Shown here one piece after another: positions 1 through 8,077 of a stretch of 19,001 bases of DNA. Source of the stretch: Candidatus Methylomirabilota bacterium (GTDB lineage Bacteria; Methylomirabilota; Methylomirabilia; Rokubacteriales; CSP1-6); the NCBI GenBank assembly GCA_046726415.1, contig JBKPAK010000057.1, forward strand, positions 1 to 19,001, in the 5' to 3' direction. The notes under the pieces were generated by a model, which saw nothing but the letters and a program-made list of their open reading frames with translations, was not told the origin of the DNA and made no database searches. The translations under genes and the position numbers were made by a program. Each line of letters begins with the position of its first letter. Positions within the stretch are counted from its first letter, which is position 1.

Positions 1-3000
1 TAGCCCCACGACGCCACGAGCAGAGAATGGCCCCGGATCAGCTTCATGCTCTGGGCCTGCCGCACGGCATCGTCCAGGAGGGGGAGCGCCTCAACGGCCC
101 GACCGGTCGCCGCATACGCGCTGCCCAGCGCCGACGCTAGGCGCGGGATCCAGAGCGGGAGGTTGGCGCTTCGGCAGAGATTGAGGGCCCGTTCCAGGAC
201 GGGGATCGCCTCGGAGAAGTTGCCGCGGCGAATGAGGGCCGTCCCGAGACCGGCGCCGGCCACGGCCACCGCGAGGGGATGGTCGACCGCCTCGGCCAGA
301 CGCATCGCCTCCTCGGCGCGGGTTGTCGCCTCGGCAAATTCGCCGAGCTCGACGAGACACCACGCCAGGCACGTCCGAGAATGCACCGCGGGCAGCTGGG
401 GCATTCCGAGCCGCTCCCGCGCGAGGTCGCCGACGAGGACGTCCACGTTGTGCCGAAAGAGGCCGATGGCCTGGGCGTAGTCGGCTTCGGCATAGGCCAG
501 CTGCCCGAGCCACGTGCGCGCGGCCACTTGGAGGGTGACGTCGTCGTGCGCGTCAGCGATGTCCAGCGCGCGCCGGCCCGCCTCCGTGGCGCGCTCGCTG
601 TCACCCATCAGCCTCCAGTAGTCGGTGAGGAAGGCGAGCGCGCGACCGAGCCGCTGTGGCTCGCCGAGCGCCGTGGCCAGGGCCTCGGCCTGCCGGAGCT
701 CGCTGGCGATCCGATCGAACTCCCCGAGGGGTTGCAGAGCGTTGCGGAGGTCGAATCGCACATCGACACCTAACTCGAGCGTCTCGCGATCCTCGGGGAG
801 ATATCGCAGCGCCTCGAGCGCCTGCTCGAAGCTGTGCGCGCTCTCCCGGTAGGCGGAACGGGCTAGGGCGCGCTGGCCCGCCTGTCGGAGATACGTCACC
901 GCTGTGGCCCACCGCTGGCCGTGCAAGCAATGATGAGCCAGGCGCTCGACGTGGGCTGCCTGGCCGGCGGGCTCGAGCCTCTCCAGGAACTCCGCGATCC
1001 GCGCGTGTAGTCGGCAGCGCTCCTCCGGGGAGAGGCTCCGGTAAGCCACCTCCTGCGTGAGCCCATGGGCAAACACGTGGGCGGCTTCGCTGCCTCCCGC
1101 GTCCTCGTACAAAAACTCGCCACCGCGGAGCCGCCGCAGGCCAGCCCGCAGATCCTCCTCGCTGAGATCGCTCACCGCCCCCAGCAGGAAGGCGGGGATC
1201 GCCCGTCCGATGACGGCCGCGGCCTGGAGAAGCTGGCGGTCAACGAGGGGAAGGCGATCGATGCGGGCCAGCAGCACGGCCTCCACCGTCTCAGGCACGG
1301 TCAGCGAGGGGGTGCGGCGCCTCTGCTCGCGGATCTCGCGCACCAGCTCTTCCAAGAAGAACGGGTTTCCCTCGGCCCGCTTCAGGATCAGCTGCACGAG
1401 CGCGTCGTCGACGCCATCCTCGTCGAGCAGAGCCCGGACGACCTGCGCTCCGTCGTCGGGCGAGAGCGGCGGCAACCCGATCTGTGTTGCGTACGACCGT
1501 CCCATCCACGGCGGCTGATAGCCGGGGCGATAGGTCGTCACCAGGAGGACGGGTGCTCCGGCGACGAGGTCGGCCAGCGAGGCCAGCAGCTCGTCTGACG
1601 CGCGGTCGATCCAGTGCAGATCCTCGATGCCGACGACGAGTGGCTGGCGTCGGCTCATCGCCAGCAACACGCCGCGGATGGACTCGATCGTGCGCTGGTT
1701 GACCACGTCGGGACCGAGAGCGGTGACGGTGTCGCCTGTCCCTTCGAGCCCGAGGAAGTGCAGAAGGAAGGGGCTCATCTCGGTCGCCGGGAGACCCAGC
1801 TCGTCCAGCCCGGCCCGGACCTGCTCGGCGGCGGCCTGGGGCGCGTCGTTCTCGACGATCCCCAGCGCGTCGCGCACGATCTCCAGGATGGGAAGATAGG
1901 CGATGGCGCTTCCATGGGATACGCAGTGCCCCTCCAAAAAAACGGTCGACGCGCCCTTGAGCTGCTGGCGAAACTCGAGGAGCAACCGCGATTTGCCGAT
2001 TCCCGCCGGGCCCGCCACGCCCACCACCTGTCCGTGGCCCCGCGTGGCGGCCGCGAACCGAGCGAGGAGAAATTCCAGCTCCTGCCGGCGACCGACGAAG
2101 CTGGCCAGGCGTCCACCCGCCCCGAGTCCAAGGCCCGCGCGCTCCGCGCCGACAAGCCGATAGAGACTGGGGGCGACGCTGCTCAGGTCGAAGCGCCGCT
2201 CCAGGAACGGCACGGCGACCTCCGTCACGAAGATGCCGGAGCGCCCGAGGTCGCGCATGATGCCGTCGACGGCGCTCACGGTCTCGTGAACGGCATCCGG
2301 ATCGGGATCCGCGGCCTCGTCGACGCGACCGAGCGGAATGGACGCCACGTGGATCACCGCGGTGAGGGCGCCGGCGTCCTCGAGGGCGACCGCGCGTTGC
2401 ATGGCCATCGCCGCGTTCGCGGCGCGCCGAGGCGCGTCCTCCACGGGCGTGAGCCCAAAGATCGCTAACACGTCTCCGTCGCGAGCGATCTCGATCGTGC
2501 CACCGAAGATCTGGACCTTGTCGACCAGCGTTTCATCCATTTGCCCAGCGGTGACGAGCTGGGCGTCGGTGCGGGGGGTGAACCGCGCACGAAGGAACGT
2601 GAGTCGGCGCGGCTCTCGACGAGGGGGTGTCGGCCGCACGGGGGCGGGCGGCGTCGGGGAGACCGCTGCCGCCGAGGCAGCGTGTCCCCGTCCGCGTGGT
2701 GACGGGGTGGCCTCCGGGCGGAGCCCGTATTTCTCGATGCGATATCGAATCGTGTTGCGCGTGATCCGCAGCCGCGCGGCGGCCTGCGAGATGTTCCAGT
2801 TCGTCTCGTGGAGGGCTTCTTCGAGCGCCGCCCGCTCCAAACTTCCCGGCGCGTGGCCGAGGGTGGGTGGGCTGGCGAGCGACGACCTCGGTGCGGCCTC
2901 GGCCATGGTCGTGGCTACGACCGTGGGCGCCGGCGCCGAAGCCCGGCGGGGCGCGATCTCTGGCAGGCCCAGCATCGCCGCCGTGATCTGGACGGTCTCT

Positions 3001-3728
3001 GCCATGAGCGCGGTTCGCTCGATGACGTTCCGGAGCTCGCGGACGTTGCCAGGCCAGGGATAGCGCCGCAGGGCGGCGCGCGCGTCGGGGGTGAACGACT
3101 GCATTGGGAGGCCATAGTCCTGAGACACCGCCGCCAGGTAATGGTCCGCCAACAACAGCACATCGTCGGCTCGCTCGCGCAGGGGGGGCAACGTTAGCTT
3201 CAGCACGGCCAAGCGGTGATAGAGGTCGGCCCGGAAGCGTCGTTCCTGGACCGCGGCGCCCAGGTCTTCGTTGGTCGCGCTGAGGACGGCGATGTCGACC
3301 GGCTCGCTCCGCGTGCCTCCGAGGCGACGGACCGCGCGCTCCTCGATGACCTTGAGGAGTTTGGCCTGAACGGCTTCGGGAAGTAGGGCGATCTCATCGA
3401 GAAAAATGGTGCCGCTGTGCGCGAGCTGGAAGAGCCCGGGCTTGGCCTGGCGCGCGTCCGTGAAGGCCCCGCGCTCGTAGCCAAACAGCTCCGCCTCGAG
3501 CAGCGTCTCCGGAATGGCCGCGCAGTTGACGTCCACGAAGGGCCGCCCGCGGCGAGGGCTACTGGCGTGGATGAGACGCGCCACCAGACCCTTTCCGGTT
3601 CCGGTTTCGCCTTCGATCAGGATGGGAGGCTGGCGCCGAGAGCTTATCTGACGAGCAAATCGCTGGACCTGCTCGCGCAGAGAAGCAATCCCCGGGCTGT
3701 GGCCGAGCAGCTCGGGTGAGGGATTCAT
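1..3728 (-). CDS. Sigma54-dependent enhancer-binding protein fused to Fis-type HTH, degenerate adenylate/guanylate cyclase-like domain, STAND-type NTPase and TPR region (>1240 aa, 3' end outside window)
   Basis: Manual translation from ATG 3728 stays open to the window edge: MNPSPELLGHSPG..., Walker A GETGTGKG, VNCAAIPETLLEAELFGYERGAFTDA (GAFTDA at 3453-3470), FLDEI, FRADLYHRL, WPGNVRELRN, HTH NISQAAARLRITRNTIRYRI, cyclase-like DGDVLAIFG...EDAPRRA, FVGRRQEL, second Walker A GPAGIGKS (1989-2012), Walker B IEDLHWID, GNPFFLEE, then TPR-like helices. Confidence 0.93.
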   Translation of the reverse strand, partial: MNPSPELLGHSPGIASLREQVQRFARQISSRRQPPILIEGETGTGKGLVARLIHASSPRRGRPFVDVNCAAIPETLLEAELFGYERGAFTDARQAKPGLFQLAHSGTIFLDEIALLPEAVQAKLLKVIEERAVRRLGGTRSEPVDIAVLSATNEDLGAAVQERRFRADLYHRLAVLKLTLPPLRERADDVLLLADHYLAAVSQDYGLPMQSFTPDARAALRRYPWPGNVRELRNVIERTALMAETVQITAAMLGLPEIAPRRASAPAPTVVATTMAEAAPRSSLASPPTLGHAPGSLERAALEEALHETNWNISQAAARLRITRNTIRYRIEKYGLRPEATPSPRGRGHAASAAAVSPTPPAPVRPTPPRREPRRLTFLRARFTPRTDAQLVTAGQMDETLVDKVQIFGGTIEIARDGDVLAIFGLTPVEDAPRRAANAAMAMQRAVALEDAGALTAVIHVASIPLGRVDEAADPDPDAVHETVSAVDGIMRDLGRSGIFVTEVAVPFLERRFDLSSVAPSLYRLVGAERAGLGLGAGGRLASFVGRRQELEFLLARFAAATRGHGQVVGVAGPAGIGKSRLLLEFRQQLKGASTVFLEGHCVSHGSAIAYLPILEIVRDALGIVENDAPQAAAEQVRAGLDELGLPATEMSPFLLHFLGLEGTGDTVTALGPDVVNQRTIESIRGVLLAMSRRQPLVVGIEDLHWIDRASDELLASLADLVAGAPVLLVTTYRPGYQPPWMGRSYATQIGLPPLSPDDGAQVVRALLDEDGVDDALVQLILKRAEGNPFFLEELVREIREQRRRTPSLTVPETVEAVLLARIDRLPLVDRQLLQAAAVIGRAIPAFLLGAVSDLSEEDLRAGLRRLRGGEFLYEDAGGSEAAHVFAHGLTQEVAYRSLSPEERCRLHARIAEFLERLEPAGQAAHVERLAHHCLHGQRWATAVTYLRQAGQRALARSAYRESAHSFEQALEALRYLPEDRETLELGVDVRFDLRNALQPLGEFDRIASELRQAEALATALGEPQRLGRALAFLTDYWRLMGDSERATEAGRRALDIADAHDDVTLQVAARTWLGQLAYAEADYAQAIGLFRHNVDVLVGDLARERLGMPQLPAVHSRTCLAWCLVELGEFAEATTRAEEAMRLAEAVDHPLAVAVAGAGLGTALIRRGNFSEAIPVLERALNLCRSANLPLWIPRLASALGSAYAATGRAVEALPLLDDAVRQAQSMKLIRGHSLLVASWG

Positions 3729-3737
3729 GGTGGTGGG

Positions 3738-3743
3738 ATCTTA
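3738..3743 (-). promoter_or_regulatory. Putative -10 element (TAAGAT) 9 nt upstream of the EBP start, near-leaderless
   Basis: Minus strand reads TAAGAT-CCCACCACC-ATG; no Shine-Dalgarno between hexamer and start. Confidence 0.45.
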
Positions 3744-3818
3744 CTGCGCCTGGTGTTCAGGAATCCACCTTCACCAGCGTTGCTGACGTCCATCTTCTTG
3801 AAATCTCGGTCTTCTCAT

Positions 3819-3835
3819 CTGGCACGTTCCGTGCT
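3819..3835 (+). promoter_or_regulatory. Sigma54 (-24/-12) promoter for the gene at 3900
   Basis: CTGGCACGTTCCGTGCT: GG (3821-3822) N10 GC (3833-3834), close to consensus TGGCAC-N5-TTGCW, and divergent from a sigma54 activator. Confidence 0.75.
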
Positions 3836-3899
3836 GGTCCCCACCATTGGCACTGTGTCGATCGTGACGTCCGGCGAAAACGCCAGGGAGGGGAGCGCA

Positions 3900-4457
3900 A
3901 TGGATCGCCTGAGTGTGCTCTGCGCCGCGCTGGTCACTCCGATCACCGTCGCCGCCATCCTGATCCTGGCCGCGGATGGAACGCCGGCCGCGCGGGTCGA
4001 GAGGGCCGATCTCGAGTTGGCCCAGCGCCTGCGCGAGGCCGATGCGTCCCTCGCCGCTGGCGACGGGCAGACGGCACTGGTTCGCCTGCGCGCGGCCCAC
4101 CGTGCCGCGCTGCGGACGGAGCGCTGGGACGCGATGACCGAGGTGGGCGACGCTGCGCGACGCGCCAGCGCGATGGCCGCACCGCCCGGGCGCGCCATGG
4201 CAATGGCGAGCCGTGCGTACCTTGCCGGCCTGGCGCGGGCCCGTGAGCAACGCTCGCTGGACGGCGTGCTCCGCATCGCCGAGGGATTTGCCGCGCTCGG
4301 CGACCGCGAGATGGTCGAGTACTGCATCGGCGTGGCGACGCGGCTCGCGGAGGCCGACCGCGAGGCCGAGCGCGTGACTCGCGTGACGAGGGTGCAGAGC
4401 TTCATGGAACGCTACCGCGAAGTCCGGCCGGTGACGCGCGAGGGACTCAGCGAGTAG
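3900..4457 (+). CDS. Hypothetical protein, N-terminal signal/TM segment followed by a helical TPR-like domain (185 aa)
   Basis: GGGAGGGG SD upstream of ATG 3900; hydrophobic N-terminus LSVLCAALVTPITVAAILILAA; Ala/Arg-rich amphipathic helices. Overlaps the convergent MFS gene by 11 nt. Confidence 0.75.
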   Translation: MDRLSVLCAALVTPITVAAILILAADGTPAARVERADLELAQRLREADASLAAGDGQTALVRLRAAHRAALRTERWDAMTEVGDAARRASAMAAPPGRAMAMASRAYLAGLARAREQRSLDGVLRIAEGFAALGDREMVEYCIGVATRLAEADREAERVTRVTRVQSFMERYREVRPVTREGLSE

Positions 4458-5730
4458 CGCGGGCCGCCGGCGGTCCCACCGCGGCGGTTGCGGTCCCGCC
4501 GCCAGTGGGGCCGCCGGCGCGCACTCGCGCGAGCAAGGCCAGACCGATCAGGAAGGAGAGTCCGACGACGGCGACGGCAGCGCGCTGGTCACCGCCCGTC
4601 GCTCGCGAGACGACGCCGAAGAGAAGGGGTCCCACGATGGCGCCGGTCTTGCCGACCAGCGCATAAAAGCCGAAAAACTCGGCCTCCCGATGCTCGGGAA
4701 TCAGGGTGGCCATGAAGGTGCGACTGGCCGCCTGGATGGCTCCCAGGCCGCTTCCCGCCAGAACCGCCACGATCCAGAACTGCCACTTCTCAGCGACGAA
4801 GAGGGCGATGACGGCCACGGCCGTCCACTGAACGAGCATCAGCGCCACCACGAACTTGGGGCCGCGCGTGTCAGTCGCCCGCGCCCACACCGCCGAGCCG
4901 AGCAAGGCGGTGAGCTGGACGGTCAGAAAGAGGCCGATGATCTCGGGGGTGGCGAACCCCAGGGTCTTGGCGGCGAAGACGGCGGAGAACAGGATGATCG
5001 TGTTCACCGCGTCTTCGTACACCAGGTAGGCGAGGAGGAAGCGCCGCATTTGGGTGCGGGCGGGCTCGCGCACGATCTCGCTCAAGGTGGCGAGCGTGTC
5101 ACGCACGCCGCGCGCCACCGCCTTCGTAGGGGGCAGGACCCGTCCCGCATCCCCGGGGAGCCACACCAAGGCGGGCAAGGCGAACAGCAGGAACTGGGCG
5201 GCGGTAGCGAGGAAACACGCGCGGTAGGCTTCTGCCTTCACGAATGGGTATGCGACAGCGAAGGCCGCGACCGAGCCCGCGTAGCCCACGGCAAAGCCCA
5301 AAGCAGAGATGCGGCCCAGGGCCTGCGCGGCGGCAATGCGCGGCAGGTAGGAGTTGTAATACACCAAGGCTGACTCGAACATCACCATACCGACGACGCT
5401 GACCGCGAAACCTCTCACCACCTGCCCCGGCCCCACGGTGGCGAGGAGCGCGGTTGCCGCCACCGCAGCCAGGGTGAAGGCGATGAAGAAAGGCTTGCGG
5501 GCACCGGCGTGATCGGCAATGCCGCCCAGCAGCGGCGACCCGAGCGCCACCAGCACCATCGAAACGGACCCCGCCAGGCCCCACCAGAGATCGCCTTGCC
5601 CCGCGCGATTGCCCACGACCAGTTCGGCGTAATACACGGGAAAGATGGTGGCCACGGCAATGGCCGAGAAGGCCGAATTGGCGAAGTCGTAGAGGGCCCA
5701 CGCCAGAATGGTGCGCCGCTGGCCGACCAC
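4447..5730 (-). CDS. MFS transporter, UMF1/Atg22-like family
   Basis: WALYDFANSAF, GGIADHAGARK, YNSYL, GYAG, QAASR, EFFGFY motifs and about 12 hydrophobic segments. Start moved to GTG 5730; the ORF-track N-terminal extension looks non-coding. Confidence 0.9.
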   Translation of the reverse strand: MVGQRRTILAWALYDFANSAFSAIAVATIFPVYYAELVVGNRAGQGDLWWGLAGSVSMVLVALGSPLLGGIADHAGARKPFFIAFTLAAVAATALLATVGPGQVVRGFAVSVVGMVMFESALVYYNSYLPRIAAAQALGRISALGFAVGYAGSVAAFAVAYPFVKAEAYRACFLATAAQFLLFALPALVWLPGDAGRVLPPTKAVARGVRDTLATLSEIVREPARTQMRRFLLAYLVYEDAVNTIILFSAVFAAKTLGFATPEIIGLFLTVQLTALLGSAVWARATDTRGPKFVVALMLVQWTAVAVIALFVAEKWQFWIVAVLAGSGLGAIQAASRTFMATLIPEHREAEFFGFYALVGKTGAIVGPLLFGVVSRATGGDQRAAVAVVGLSFLIGLALLARVRAGGPTGGGTATAAVGPPAARATR

Positions 5731-5833
5731 GTCGCGCAGGATGACATACGAAGGCCGGGTGTGCCACCCGCGATGCGTGCCGCGATATGGCTGCGCGCGA
5801 TGACCCTGGCGGCTCGCGCTGCCATTGACCGAT

Positions 5834-5920
5834 GATCTGTCTGCTCGCCGCGTCGGCAGCACATGGATTTGCCTGCTCGCCCTGTCGGCGCACGTGATCT
5901 GCCTCCTCGCCCTTGGCGAA
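5834..5920. repeat. Three imperfect ~30-32 bp tandem direct repeats in the MFS/glnA-like divergent intergenic region
   Basis: GATCTGTCTGCTCGCCGCGTCGGCAGCACATG (5834) / GATTTGCCTGCTCGCCCTGTCGGCGCACGT (5866) / GATCTGCCTCCTCGCCCTTGGCG (5896). Confidence 0.8.
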
Positions 5921-5935
5921 CTCGACGCAGTGCGC

Positions 5936-5941
5936 TACCAT
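5936..5941 (+). promoter_or_regulatory. Putative -10 element (TACCAT) of a leaderless transcript
   Basis: TACCAT-N7-ATG(5949), no SD. Confidence 0.55.
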
Positions 5942-5948
5942 CCGCGCC

Positions 5949-7304
5949 ATGCCCGGCCGGTTGACCTTGGAGGCGCTCGAGGCTCTCGTCAAGAGCGACC
6001 AGGTCGACACGGTGCTCACCGTAGTTCCCGACGGGTTCGGTCGGCTGATGGGCAAGCGCCTCGTGGCCCGCTTCTTCCTGGACTCCGCGGTCCAGCACGG
6101 TCTCCACGCCTGCATCTATCTGTTCACGGTCGACATGGAGATGGAGCCGCTTCCCGGCTTTGCCCTGACGTCGTGGGGGCGTGGCTACGGCGACATGAAG
6201 CTCGTGCCCGACCACTCGACCTTGCGCCTCATTCCATGGCTACCCAAGACGGCCCTGGTGTTTTGCGATGTCTACGCGGAAGATGGGGCGCCCATCGAGG
6301 AGGCCCCGCGCTGGATCTTGCGGCGCCAGGTGGAACGGGCGGCCTCGCTGGGCTACGTGGTGAAGACGGCGGCGGAGCTCGAGCTCTACTGCTTCAAGGA
6401 ATCGTTTGCCGAGGCCCGCGCTCGGCGCTACCACGGCCTCACCCCCGTCTCCGACTACCTCGAGGACTATCACATCCTTCAGACCTCGCGCGAGGAACCG
6501 CTCATCCGCGCCATCCGCAACAACATGGAGGCGGCCGACGTCCCTGTGGAGTGCTCCAAGGGCGAGTGGGGAAAGGGCCAGGAGGAGATCAACCTCCGCT
6601 ACGCAGAGGCCCTGGAGATGGCCGACCGCGCCGCCCTGTTCAAACACGGCGTGAAGGAGATCGCCGATCAGCACGGGCGCTCGGTGACGTTCATGGCCAA
6701 GTGCGACATGGGGGCGGCCGGCTCGTCCTTTCATTTGCACTCGTCCCTGTGGGATCTCCCGGGCACCACCCCGCTCTTCGCCGACGGGCCCACGGCGCCG
6801 CTGTTCGGCGCGTGGTTGGCCGGCCAACTCGCCCTGGCGCGCGAGCTGGCGCTCTTCTATGCGCCCTCCGTGAACGCCTACAAGCGCTACCAGGCCGGTT
6901 CCTTCGCGCCAACCCGCATCGTGGCCGGCGCCGATAACCGGACGTGCGGCTTCCGGCTGTGCGGGGAAGGCGCAAGCTTCAGGGTGGAGAACCGCATTCC
7001 CGGCGCCGACGCCAATCCGTATCTCGCGTTCGCCGCCGCCATCGCCGCCGGGCTTCACGGCATCCGCACCGGGCTCGAGGCACCGAAGCTCTATACGGGC
7101 AACGCGTATGAGGACGCCACGCTGCCCGAGGTGCCGAAGACGCTGCGCGAGGCTATCACGGCTCTGGAGGACTCGAAGGCCGCCACCGACGCCTTCGGCC
7201 AGCGCGTGGTCGCGCACTACCTTCACGCGGCGCGGCTGGAGCAGCACGCGTTCGATACCGCGGTGACTGACTGGGAGCTCCTCCGCAATTTCGAGCGGAT
7301 CTGA
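5949..7304 (+). CDS. Glutamine synthetase-like gamma-glutamyl-amine ligase (GlnA4/PuuA-like)
   Basis: GRLMGKR, SWGRGYGD, AAELELY, KGEWGKGQEEIN, TFMAK, GSSFHLHSS, NAYKR, DNRT, RVENRIPGADANPY, C-terminal VTDWELLRNFERI. Overall pattern recalls Streptomyces GlnA4 more than canonical GSI. Confidence 0.92.
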   Translation: MPGRLTLEALEALVKSDQVDTVLTVVPDGFGRLMGKRLVARFFLDSAVQHGLHACIYLFTVDMEMEPLPGFALTSWGRGYGDMKLVPDHSTLRLIPWLPKTALVFCDVYAEDGAPIEEAPRWILRRQVERAASLGYVVKTAAELELYCFKESFAEARARRYHGLTPVSDYLEDYHILQTSREEPLIRAIRNNMEAADVPVECSKGEWGKGQEEINLRYAEALEMADRAALFKHGVKEIADQHGRSVTFMAKCDMGAAGSSFHLHSSLWDLPGTTPLFADGPTAPLFGAWLAGQLALARELALFYAPSVNAYKRYQAGSFAPTRIVAGADNRTCGFRLCGEGASFRVENRIPGADANPYLAFAAAIAAGLHGIRTGLEAPKLYTGNAYEDATLPEVPKTLREAITALEDSKAATDAFGQRVVAHYLHAARLEQHAFDTAVTDWELLRNFERI

Positions 7305-7312
7305 CCAACGCC

Positions 7313-8077
7313 ATGCCCGGACGTTTGAGGGGGAAGGTGGCGTTCATCACGGGCGCAGGCAAAGGCATCGGCCAGGCGGTTGCCGTGCTCTTCGCCGAGG
7401 AGGGCGCCGGGGTCATCGTGGCCGACGTGGACGAGCAGGCCGCCCGGGAGACAGTCGCCCAAGTCGAGAGGGCAGGTAGCCAGGCGCTCGCCGTGGTCGG
7501 AGATGTGGCGATCGAGGCGGACGTGGCGCGCATGATCGATGGCGGCGTGCGGCATTTCGGGGCGCTGCACATCCTCGACAACAATGCCGGCGTCCTCTGG
7601 AAGGATCGGGACCGCTCGGTGCTCGAGACGGACGAGACCTGGTGGGATCGGGTCGTGGCCATCAACCTCAAGTCGGTGTTCTGGGTCACCAAGCACGGCA
7701 TCCCGCATCTGCAGCGGGCTGGGGGCGGCTCCATCATCATGATGGGGTCGGTCTCTGCGCTGGCGGGGTTCACCCGGGCCCAGGATGCGTACACCGCGGC
7801 CAAGGGCGCGCTCATTTCGCTGACCAAGTCGCTGGCCATTCAATTCGCCCGCGACCGGATCCGGTGCAATGTGATCCACCCAGGCATCGTGGATACACCA
7901 CTGCAGGCGCCCTACCTCAACGAGGCTCTCCGCAAGGAGTTCCAGGCCGGCATTCCGCTCGGGCGGATCGCCGAGCCGCGCGAGATCGCCCAGGTCGCCC
8001 TGTTCCTGGCCAGCGACGAGTCCTCGTACATGACGGGCACCGAGCTGGTCGTGGATGGTGGCTTCACTGCGGGCTAG
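7313..8077 (+). CDS. Short-chain dehydrogenase/reductase (classical SDR, likely NAD-dependent)
   Basis: TGAGKGIG, NNAG, catalytic YTAAK, PGIVDT, SSYMTGTELVVDGG; Asp at the end of beta2 (VADVD). Confidence 0.95.
   Translation: MPGRLRGKVAFITGAGKGIGQAVAVLFAEEGAGVIVADVDEQAARETVAQVERAGSQALAVVGDVAIEADVARMIDGGVRHFGALHILDNNAGVLWKDRDRSVLETDETWWDRVVAINLKSVFWVTKHGIPHLQRAGGGSIIMMGSVSALAGFTRAQDAYTAAKGALISLTKSLAIQFARDRIRCNVIHPGIVDTPLQAPYLNEALRKEFQAGIPLGRIAEPREIAQVALFLASDESSYMTGTELVVDGGFTAG

Noticed and set aside
46-3719. Many ORF-track ORFs over 1-3.7 kb
   Set aside because: Shadows of the single long minus-strand CDS, which carries all recognisable motifs.
3848-3865. Additional sigma54 promoters at other TGGCAC hexamers (near 3849, 5761 minus, 18462)
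   Set aside because: No GC at the -12 position ten bases after the GG.
5834-5920. Mini CRISPR array
   Set aside because: Units are contiguous and degenerate with no unique spacers; no cas genes in the window.
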